A DNA stretch of 64,000 nt from a virus: positions 14,410-78,409 of IMG/VR virus record IMGVR_UViG_3300032238_000977. One strand, 5' to 3'. This document shows, one piece after another, positions 10,336 through 16,198 of the stretch. The position numbers and the translations under genes were made by a program. Below the pieces are notes generated by a model. It did not search any database, was not told the origin of the DNA, and saw only the letters and a program-made list of their open reading frames with translations. Numbering within the stretch: position 1 is the stretch's first letter; the number at the start of each line of letters is the position of its first letter.

Positions 10336-10344
10336 CTAGGTCTT

Positions 10345-10415
10345 TCAGGCTCGCCACCAATTCTTTAACTGGAAATTGGAAACCAGGCGGGGAGAGTATC
10401 CCATCCGCACCACCA
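10345..10415 (-). ncRNA. wcaG RNA motif-like structured RNA
   Basis: TGGTGCGGATGGG...CCCGCCTGGTTTC-CAATTTCCAGTTAAAGAATTG-GTGGCGAGCC: two UGGYG motifs and a CUGG/CCAG pseudoknot, upstream of an epimerase as known for cyanophage wcaG RNAs. Confidence 0.7.
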
Positions 10416-10460
10416 GTTTTTTAAAGAAACTGGAAACTTTTAAGAGGGTCATATGACTCC

Positions 10461-10532
10461 ACCAGTACTTTTAAAGTCTCTCCGTGACTTCGAGGGGGTC
10501 CCGACCAGTACTTTTTAAGTCTCTCCGTGACT
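10461..10532. repeat. 29-bp direct repeat, 2 copies (10461-10489, 10504-10532), 1 mismatch
   Basis: accagtacttttaaagtctctccgtgact vs accagtactttttaagtctctccgtgact, 14-nt spacer. Confidence 0.95.
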
Positions 10533-10779
10533 ATTGATCCCAAAATTCTTCACTGTCTTTTACATAACAAGGAACCCTATCTGGATCTAACCATTTTGCA
10601 TACTCAATATCTTCCATTGCGGTAGAACATTGCATAGCATTGTCAAATAGATAGATATCATTCCATCGTTTAGTGTATTCGTTTTGTTTTTGCATACGGT
10701 AATCAAGTTTACCGTTGATTTCAAGAATACCTGCTTCAATAAAACGATATCCTTCACGTTCCAAGATAACCTTGGTCAT
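10531..10779 (-). CDS. Hypothetical phage protein
   Basis: 82-aa ORF, ATGA overlap with upstream gene. Confidence 0.75.
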   Translation of the reverse strand: MTKVILEREGYRFIEAGILEINGKLDYRMQKQNEYTKRWNDIYLFDNAMQCSTAMEDIEYAKWLDPDRVPCYVKDSEEFWDQ

Positions 10780-10991
10780 ACAACCTCACTAGTTTCAAGA
10801 TCACTATAAACATATTCCATGAGCATTTCATAATCATCCAGAGGATCACCAGAGAATACTACACCCTCATTTGCATAATAACGACGAACCTTTTTGTAGA
10901 GTTTCGGATTCTTTACATCAAGGTAGAATTCTCCATTTGCTGCACCACGAAGAGTGGGAATATCTTTCTTGAATTTTACTGCGAGAGTCAT
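10776..10991 (-). CDS. Hypothetical cyanophage protein
   Basis: Start at MTLAVKFKKDI, just downstream of the promoter at 11014-11042. Confidence 0.75.
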   Translation of the reverse strand: MTLAVKFKKDIPTLRGAANGEFYLDVKNPKLYKKVRRYYANEGVVFSGDPLDDYEMLMEYVYSDLETSEVV

Positions 10992-11013
10992 TGTTTTGAA
11001 TGTTGACCTTGTT

Positions 11014-11065
11014 ATTATAGGAAAATAATGTTTGTGCGTCAAGTAGGACAATTTTAAAACTGTCC
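11014..11065 (-). promoter_or_regulatory. Sigma70 promoter with upstream GGACA-N10-TGTCC inverted repeat
   Basis: TTGACG-N17-TATAAT (11042-11014); palindrome at 11046-11065. Confidence 0.75.
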
Positions 11066-11066
11066 A

Positions 11067-11139
11067 TGCCCCTTGCGTGGATCGAACACGCCTCAGCCGA
11101 ATTATGAGTTCGGTGCATTCACCAGATTGCTAAAAGGGC
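11067..11139 (-). tRNA. tRNA-Met/Ile2 (CAT)
   Basis: Cloverleaf; CCGAA-CTCATAA-TTCGG anticodon arm; TTCGATC T-loop; no encoded CCA. Confidence 0.9.
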
Positions 11140-11168
11140 ATTCGCTATTCGCAAATAGCGAATAGCAA

Positions 11169-11256
11169 TACGAGTGGGTGGATTCGAACCACCTCAAAGC
11201 CGCTAATCTGGCGGAAAGAGTTTATAAGACTCCTCTGACTACCAAGTCTCACTCGC
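11169..11256 (-). tRNA. Atypical tRNA, anticodon TAT (nominally Ile), long variable arm
   Basis: GCGAGTG/CACTCGT acceptor, GACT-TGGT-AGTC D arm, GGAGT-CTTATAA-ACTCT, CCGC-CAGATTA-GCGG V arm, GGTGG-TTCGAAT-CCACC. Confidence 0.8.
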
Positions 11257-11304
11257 ACGAAAGTTGCCTTGAGGCAACTTATAAGACCTATATGTGGTCT
11301 TAAA

Positions 11305-11520
11305 TCACGAACCTTCTTCGTGATCAGTGTGGATGCGTATAAGTTCCTCATCCGAATAATCCGAAGAATCTGAAGAATCCACTATGTAATCGTAATTGGT
11401 TGTTCTTACAATAACCACTTCATTATTATCATTGTATATTTGAAATGACTCTCCAGATTCGACTCTTTCCAAGAGTTCATCAAATCTTTTTTGAAATTCT
11501 TCAACTGTAAACTTTTCCAT
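11305..11520 (-). CDS. Phd/YefM antitoxin-like small protein
   Basis: MEKFTVEEFQKRFDELLERVESGESFQI resembles the Phd/YefM N-terminal domain; acidic tail. Confidence 0.55.
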   Translation of the reverse strand: MEKFTVEEFQKRFDELLERVESGESFQIYNDNNEVVIVRTTNYDYIVDSSDSSDYSDEELIRIHTDHEEGS

Positions 11521-12094
11521 TAGATTCGGAGACGAGTCGTTTAAATTCGATGAGATAATCATACAGCAAATCAAATTCGTAGTCAACCCCAGCATCCATC
11601 GTAATAGAAATTTTAATATTTGATGGATCCAAATACCTTTCAAGCAACCAAACTTTATAATATGATCTAAAAAATTTAGATACAATTTTAAAGTCTAATA
11701 ATTTGAAAAAATCTGCCTCAAGATCATCTGAAGATTTTTTGCTTGGATGATATACATTTATTTTATAATAGTCTTCAGAAAACCACTTCATGTGAGATCT
11801 GACTATTTTACAATGTTCTTCGAGATCAAAATCTTGATTATTATAATAATGCATTGAAAATAAATTTAATATATTTTCAACATATACTGCATTATATTCT
11901 GCAATATCATTCGGCATTATTTTAAAGTTCCACTCCATGTCTGGAATAAATCCACATATGAAGTGGGTTATATCATGAGAAGGTTTTGTCGGAGGTGGTT
12001 TAGGGGACGAAAAAGATTCTTGATATTCTTTATGAAGAATTTTATAATAAACCTTTCCGTTTTCCCATGACCATTCTATTTTTTGTAAACTCAT
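11501..12094 (-). CDS. Hypothetical protein
   Basis: 197-aa ORF on the coding strand, no motif recognised. Confidence 0.7.
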   Translation of the reverse strand: MSLQKIEWSWENGKVYYKILHKEYQESFSSPKPPPTKPSHDITHFICGFIPDMEWNFKIMPNDIAEYNAVYVENILNLFSMHYYNNQDFDLEEHCKIVRSHMKWFSEDYYKINVYHPSKKSSDDLEADFFKLLDFKIVSKFFRSYYKVWLLERYLDPSNIKISITMDAGVDYEFDLLYDYLIEFKRLVSESNGKVYS

Positions 12095-12104
12095 AATTTT
12101 TCAA

Positions 12105-12176
12105 TCGGGGCGACAGGGATCGAACCTGTGACCTCTGGTTCCCAAAACCAGCATTCTACCGCTGAACTACGCCCCG
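12105..12176 (-). tRNA. tRNA-Pro (TGG)
   Basis: CGGGGCG acceptor; CTGGT-TTTGGGA-ACCAG. Confidence 0.95.
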
Positions 12177-12181
12177 TAAAT

Positions 12182-12442
12182 TCACTCTACAAATTCTACC
12201 ACAGGACCATTACCTTTGGCAACTACATCTTCTAAAAGATATTTTTGAACTTCGTCAAATGTTTCAAAAATTTTTTTATCATTTTCAAATTCTACCCACC
12301 AACATACATCATTTTCTGTAGGTGAATTAAGTTCTTCATCATTTTTAGGAATGGCTTCAATTATCATATGAGTATTTACACCATGCTTTTTTTCAGCCTG
12401 CATAATGGTATACATTAGAGGCAAATCAGAAATATATCTCAT
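12182..12442 (-). CDS. Hypothetical protein
   Basis: 86-aa ORF. Confidence 0.65.
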   Translation of the reverse strand: MRYISDLPLMYTIMQAEKKHGVNTHMIIEAIPKNDEELNSPTENDVCWWVEFENDKKIFETFDEVQKYLLEDVVAKGNGPVVEFVE

Positions 12443-12550
12443 TTCAATAATTTAAATTTTTTACTTATTTCTATGTATAAGAATTATACCTATAATTTCT
12501 GGAATAATCAATACCAAACCAGATCGGGATTGCTGCTAAAACTTCTAACA

Positions 12551-12745
12551 TCAAACTCCTCTCCAGTTCTTATATTCATAATGAAAGTATTGATCTATAG
12601 TATTATCCAGAGGGGCATCAACTTCCCATTGTGCCCATTCTTTACAAAACTGTTTAATGTATCCGTCGTTTAAGACACTTCTACCATATGATCTCACAAA
12701 ACAAGTCATCGCAAAATGATATCTTTGTTTAGTTTGCGTAAGCAT
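12551..12745 (-). CDS. Hypothetical phage protein
   Basis: 64-aa ORF in a run of overlapping small genes. Confidence 0.65.
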   Translation of the reverse strand: MLTQTKQRYHFAMTCFVRSYGRSVLNDGYIKQFCKEWAQWEVDAPLDNTIDQYFHYEYKNWRGV

Positions 12746-12818
12746 GGGTCAACCCCCAATATACAAAAATTCCAACAAAACTAAAAATAGACACTGCGGC
12801 AAAAATAGTGTTAGTCAT
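12729..12818 (-). CDS. 29-aa single-TM microprotein (not in ORF track)
   Basis: MTNTIFAAVSIFSFVGIFVYWGLTHAYAN fills the gap between neighbours. Confidence 0.55.
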   Translation of the reverse strand: MTNTIFAAVSIFSFVGIFVYWGLTHAYAN

Positions 12819-12821
12819 CTT

Positions 12822-13028
12822 CTAGTTCAAAGTAATTTTAAGAAATGGAAGTAGAGGTGGAATAACTCCAACTAACCTTAAAAGTCCTTCAGCAAATAAA
12901 GAAAGAACCACCCAACCGACGCACATACTAATGATAGAAGCATTGCGGTTATGTCTTCTGATAGCAGCATCAATCATCTCCTGCACTTCTGTGCGAGTTA
13001 CATAATCATCATCAAACGGTTCCATCAT
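12822..13028 (-). CDS. Small membrane protein
   Basis: Hydrophobic C-terminal half. Confidence 0.7.
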   Translation of the reverse strand: MMEPFDDDYVTRTEVQEMIDAAIRRHNRNASIISMCVGWVVLSLFAEGLLRLVGVIPPLLPFLKITLN

Positions 13029-13174
13029 TTCCCACCTCCAAGAAATTTTTCCAAAGGATCTTTTCTTGTTTTAACTATTTCACATGCTCTCATGTAAAAC
13101 ATATTTTCCATATTTCCAGACTTTTCAAATGTTTTTTTTATCTTCACCCAATTGTCGTAGGTGTGCTGATCCAT
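13025..13174 (-). CDS. Hypothetical phage protein
   Basis: Likely start MDQHTYDNW. Confidence 0.65.
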   Translation of the reverse strand: MDQHTYDNWVKIKKTFEKSGNMENMFYMRACEIVKTRKDPLEKFLGGGK

Positions 13175-13287
13175 TTGATTTTTAGATTGGATACTATTAT
13201 ATAATAGTCTCCAATACCAAGAAGTCAACATATGTGTTCATACCATAACACTGATAAAGAAATTGTTAAATTCGTAACTAATTTAAA

Positions 13288-13373
13288 AGGAAGATCAGGG
13301 ATTCGAACCCTGGAACGCTACTAACGTTAATAGTTTTCAAGACTATCGCCATCAACCACTCGGCCAATCTTCC
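13288..13373 (-). tRNA. tRNA-Ser (TGA)
   Basis: ATAGT-CTTGAAA-ACTAT, long V arm. Confidence 0.95.
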
Positions 13374-13384
13374 AATAAAAATCC

Positions 13385-13636
13385 TTAACGGACTTCAAAA
13401 TCTAAACGTCTTACTTTACGTTGACGCCTTGCTTCTTGATAAGCAAGATCTTCATTTGTAAGAACTCCAGATTTTGTTTTGGTATCTATTGAGTTTAACA
13501 TAACAACCCGAGATAAGTCAACTGCAGAGATTTTGTCTCCTCTTATCATAGTCATATTAGGACACCCACAAGTAATACTTTTTGATGGATGTCCAATCAT
13601 TTCTTTATTGCAATCTTTACATCTTATTGAAATCAT
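13385..13636 (-). CDS. Zinc-ribbon protein
   Basis: CKDC...CGC motif. Confidence 0.7.
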   Translation of the reverse strand: MISIRCKDCNKEMIGHPSKSITCGCPNMTMIRGDKISAVDLSRVVMLNSIDTKTKSGVLTNEDLAYQEARRQRKVRRLDFEVR

Positions 13637-13651
13637 TGTCCTTTACCCTAA

Positions 13652-14086
13652 TCACTGTAAATGAGATCTTAACATCCAAACAAACTTACCATGGGATTCC
13701 ATTAAATCCTGAACCAGATTAGCAGTTGCATATTGCTTTTGATCTTCCGATTCTTCCGAAATCTCTTTCATTAATTCACAAAACTTTTCGTTATTCTCAA
13801 GAAGTTCTTGAAGAATTTCTTTTGCTCCTGTTGAACTAGCCGCTTCTTTAATTTGCGTCACTTCAAGCATTCTTGAAAGAGAACTCAATGGTTTTACGTT
13901 TAAGTATCTCATATGCTCAGAAAGACGATCAATCTCTTCAAACATAGTTTCATACTGTCCACCAAAAAGTTGATGTAGTTGAGTGAAATCTGATCCAACT
14001 ACATTCCAGTGAAATGCCCAAGTTTTATGAAATAAGACAAAAAGTGATGACTGAGCATCACTCAAGAGTTTATAAAGTTTTTCCAT
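13652..14086 (-). CDS. dps: Dps/ferritin-like DNA protection protein
   Basis: HKTWAFHWNVVGSDFTQLHQLF, IDRLSEH, HGKFVWML; late promoter ATAAATA at 14103-14109. Confidence 0.9.
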   Translation of the reverse strand: MEKLYKLLSDAQSSLFVLFHKTWAFHWNVVGSDFTQLHQLFGGQYETMFEEIDRLSEHMRYLNVKPLSSLSRMLEVTQIKEAASSTGAKEILQELLENNEKFCELMKEISEESEDQKQYATANLVQDLMESHGKFVWMLRSHLQ

Positions 14087-14114
14087 TATACTCTTTTTTG
14101 AGTATTTATGCAAG

Positions 14115-14186
14115 TGGGCGATACTGGATTCGAACCAGTGACCATCTCCGTGTAAAGGAGGTGCGCTACCGCTGCGCTAATCGCCC
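14115..14186 (-). tRNA. tRNA-Val (TAC)
   Basis: CTCC-TTTACAC-GGAG; TTCGAAT T-loop. Confidence 0.95.
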
Positions 14187-14191
14187 TTAAA

Positions 14192-14254
14192 TGGATGGTA
14201 GGTATTCCCACTCGGATGTTAAGAAGGTGATTAACCGTTAACCCCGACCATCCA
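14192..14254 (-). ncRNA. Candidate structured RNA (three-way junction, tRNA-like)
   Basis: Closing stem TGGATGGT/ACCATCCA; internal stem CGGGGTTAA/TTAAC-A-TCCG. Confidence 0.5.
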
Positions 14255-14255
14255 A

Positions 14256-14327
14256 CTCCCCCGGCAAGATTCGAACTTGCGACCTGGAAATTAACAGTTT
14301 CTCGCGCTACCGCTGCGCCACAGGGGA
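14256..14327 (-). tRNA. tRNA-Asn (GTT)
   Basis: GAAA-CTGTTAA-TTTC anticodon arm. Confidence 0.95.
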
Positions 14328-14331
14328 ATAA

Positions 14332-14401
14332 AGGAAGTTACTGGACTTACACCAGTTACGAGGGCATTGTCTGCTTGTCTTGATTCTTTGACTTAACTTC
14401 C
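14332..14401 (-). ncRNA. tRNA-like RNA with non-canonical loops
   Basis: GGAAGTT/AACTTCC acceptor-like stem stacked on ACTGG-TGTAAGT-CCAGT; GTC/GAC D-like arm; only GCA-GACAA-TGC as anticodon-like arm. Confidence 0.6.
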
Positions 14402-14403
14402 GC

Positions 14404-14458
14404 GATGGGGCAAGTGTGATATACCTCATAAGGATATAACAGGGACTTACCCTCTATC
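14404..14458 (-). ncRNA. Candidate long imperfect hairpin RNA
   Basis: GATAGAGGGTAAGT...GTTATATC/GGTATATCAC...ACTTGCCCCATC. Confidence 0.45.
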
Positions 14459-14485
14459 ATTTTATATATGGAGATAAACTCCAAG

Positions 14486-14559
14486 CGTCTTGGGAGGGAC
14501 TCGAACCCCCGACCAACTCATTAGAAGTGAGATGCTCTATCCAACTGAGCTACCAAGAC
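14486..14559 (-). tRNA. tRNA-Arg (TCT)
   Basis: CTCA-CTTCTAA-TGAG. Confidence 0.95.
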
Positions 14560-14563
14560 ATAA

Positions 14564-14628
14564 GTAGGTTCCTATCGCCGCCACTCCTGAACCTACCGAA
14601 GGAGAGTGTCGCAGTTGATTTCTCAACT
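14564..14628 (-). ncRNA. Candidate H-type pseudoknot RNA at transcript 5' end
   Basis: AGTTGA-GAAA-TCAACT hairpin; CACTC(T)CC/GGAGTG stem whose loop GTAGGTTC pairs with 3' GAACCTAC (8 bp). Confidence 0.55.
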
Positions 14629-14633
14629 CTGAT

Positions 14634-14662
14634 ATTATACCAGTCCTTATGAAACTGGTCAA
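14634..14662 (-). promoter_or_regulatory. Sigma70 promoter
   Basis: TTGACC-N17-TATAAT. Confidence 0.8.
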
Positions 14663-14665
14663 GTG

Positions 14666-14745
14666 TGCCGTGTGGTTGTGAATCTAAATCAAACCTTTTT
14701 GATAAGTGCCCCACTGGATCTTATCTAAAGTTTTGAACCACGGCA
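14666..14745 (-). ncRNA. Candidate rod-like structured RNA
   Basis: TGCCGTG/CACGGCA closing stem, TCAAAACTTT/AAAGGTTTGA, GATAAG/CTTATC. Confidence 0.5.
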
Positions 14746-14747
14746 AG

Positions 14748-14821
14748 TGGGAAATCCTGGACTCGAACCAGGCACCTCACGATTATCAGTCGTGCGCTCT
14801 AACCAACTGAGCTAATCTCCC
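14748..14821 (-). tRNA. tRNA-Ile (GAT)
   Basis: CACGA-CTGATAA-TCGTG. Confidence 0.95.
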
Positions 14822-14824
14822 ACA

Positions 14825-14913
14825 CGGAGGATGTTGGATTTGAACCAACGGAGACCCGTAAAGATCTCAAGAACTTAGCAGGTTCCCGCTTTAAGCCACT
14901 CAGCCAATCCTCC
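14825..14913 (-). tRNA. tRNA-Ser (GCT)
   Basis: GGAAC-CTGCTAA-GTTCT, long V arm. Confidence 0.95.
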
Positions 14914-14915
14914 AA

Positions 14916-14988
14916 TGGGTCAAGTGAGACTCGAACTCACGACTTACAGGTTAAAAGCCCGCTACTCTACCAACTGAGTTATTGACCC
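14916..14988 (-). tRNA. tRNA-Lys (TTT)
   Basis: GCGGG-CTTTTAA-CCTGT. Confidence 0.95.
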
Positions 14989-14992
14989 AAAG

Positions 14993-15074
14993 TGGGCAGG
15001 GAGGGATTTGAACCCCCGTAGGCAGAGCCAGCGGATTTACAGTCCGCCTCCATTAACCACTCGGACACCTACCC
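14993..15074 (-). tRNA. tRNA-Tyr (GTA)
   Basis: GCGGA-CTGTAAA-TCCGC, long V arm. Confidence 0.95.
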
Positions 15075-15084
15075 ATAAAACTTA

Positions 15085-15140
15085 AAGGCAGGTGCGGTAT
15101 CTCCTTTCGGTGCCCATGCTCCTTTTACTTTCCTTGCCTT
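15085..15140 (-). ncRNA. Candidate structured leader RNA of the tRNA operon
   Basis: AAGGCA(A)GG/CCTGCCTT closing stem, purine-rich internal loop, CC-GAAA-GG cap. Confidence 0.5.
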
Positions 15141-15150
15141 CAATGAGTTT

Positions 15151-15179
15151 ATTGTATCACTCCTTAGGGCAGTCGTCAA
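15151..15179 (-). promoter_or_regulatory. Sigma70 promoter of tRNA operon
   Basis: TTGACG-N17-TACAAT. Confidence 0.8.
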
Positions 15180-15370
15180 CCTGCTGTTGCTTCCTTACGA
15201 GCAGTCTTTTCAGCGGTGATTTCGTTACGACGAACTTTTACAAGTTTGGAAATTTCTTGAAGTGCTTTACGAGCACGAGTTCCTGCAGATCCATTACCTG
15301 CGACGAACTTTTCATCTTCAACTTGCCAAGCTGCAACTGCATCTGTGAGTTGTTGTACTGTTTCCGACAT
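15176..15370 (-). CDS. Histone H1-like (Hc1 family) small basic protein
   Basis: EKFVAGNGSAGTRARKALQEISKLVKVRRNEI matches the Hc1 GNxxAGTRARK pattern. Confidence 0.7.
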   Translation of the reverse strand: MSETVQQLTDAVAAWQVEDEKFVAGNGSAGTRARKALQEISKLVKVRRNEITAEKTARKEATAG

Positions 15371-15441
15371 AATAATTCCTTTAATATAGGTATGTGTTTA
15401 TATATGTAAGAAAGGGGGGGGACAATCTCCCCCCTAACTAA

Positions 15442-16077
15442 TCAGACTTCTACTTGAACTAGTCGAGAAGCATAATCATGGGCATAAGATGTGCGAGCAC
15501 CATGATGCCCCCAACCAATCCAACTGTACGCATAGTCCATGTAAGAGTAGATAGACTTTCCAGGTTTTTTCATTCTATCTTCAATATTCTTCCATTGAAC
15601 TTCATTTGTGAGATAACGAAGTTGCGTTTGAAGTGCTGATGGCGAACCACCAAACTTCTTAGCGAAATCACCCAATCCATAATAACGATTAGCAGATGTC
15701 CATTGAATCAAACCATAACCGCCGTAGCAGTTGCGGTATGACGTTATACTACCACCTTCGCAAACACTAGATTGGAATGTTGATTCCTGTTTAATGTTGC
15801 CCATGATGGTAGCAAGGGCGTTTTTATCTCTAATTCCAATGTCCTGGAAATAATCCAGGGCTACATTTTCATTTTCATTACACCCTTTACAAATTAACCT
15901 TTTATCTTTTGGTTTTTCGGGAGCAACCTCTTTGGTCGCTGTCGTTGTATCAAACTCCCTAATAACAGAAAATGGTGGAGGACCACTCAATAGAGGAGGA
16001 AATACTACAGGCAGTGTTGCCGTACTGGTTGTAACCGATGCCAAGAGAGGCAAGGCTACTGTAAAGAAATTTTGCAT
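15442..16077 (-). CDS. Phage tail-type lysozyme-domain protein with N-terminal hydrophobic/signal segment (putative endolysin)
   Basis: ALATIMGNIKQES and GYGLIQWT motifs. Confidence 0.75.
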   Translation of the reverse strand: MQNFFTVALPLLASVTTSTATLPVVFPPLLSGPPPFSVIREFDTTTATKEVAPEKPKDKRLICKGCNENENVALDYFQDIGIRDKNALATIMGNIKQESTFQSSVCEGGSITSYRNCYGGYGLIQWTSANRYYGLGDFAKKFGGSPSALQTQLRYLTNEVQWKNIEDRMKKPGKSIYSYMDYAYSWIGWGHHGARTSYAHDYASRLVQVEV

Positions 16078-16084
16078 TAAGTTT

Positions 16085-16198
16085 AATAGAATTCGACATC
16101 CGTATAGAAGAGGGGTGCACCCAACTCTCGAAGGGCATCTTCCACGGCTCTAGGTTTCAATCACCTTCTCATTACGAGAAAACCCACCAAGGTGGGTC
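16085..16198 (-). ncRNA. Structured 5' leader upstream of the lysozyme gene
   Basis: GACCCACC-TT-GGTGGGTT and TTCTCG-TAA-TGAGAA hairpins; CCGTG-GAAG/CTTC-TA-TACGG enclosing TGCCC/GGGTG. Confidence 0.5.

Noticed and set aside
10461-10532. 29-bp direct repeats as a CRISPR mini-array
   Set aside because: Only two copies, a 14-nt spacer and no cas genes; better explained as structured RNA modules
14564-14612. HDV-like theta ribozyme or glutamine riboswitch assignment
   Set aside because: Lacks the P3/L3 nested helix of HDV-like folds and the conserved glnA/downstream-peptide sequences; kept as an unknown pseudoknot
15085-15140. SRP RNA
   Set aside because: Has CC-GAAA-GG but not the conserved CAGG/AGCA symmetric loop
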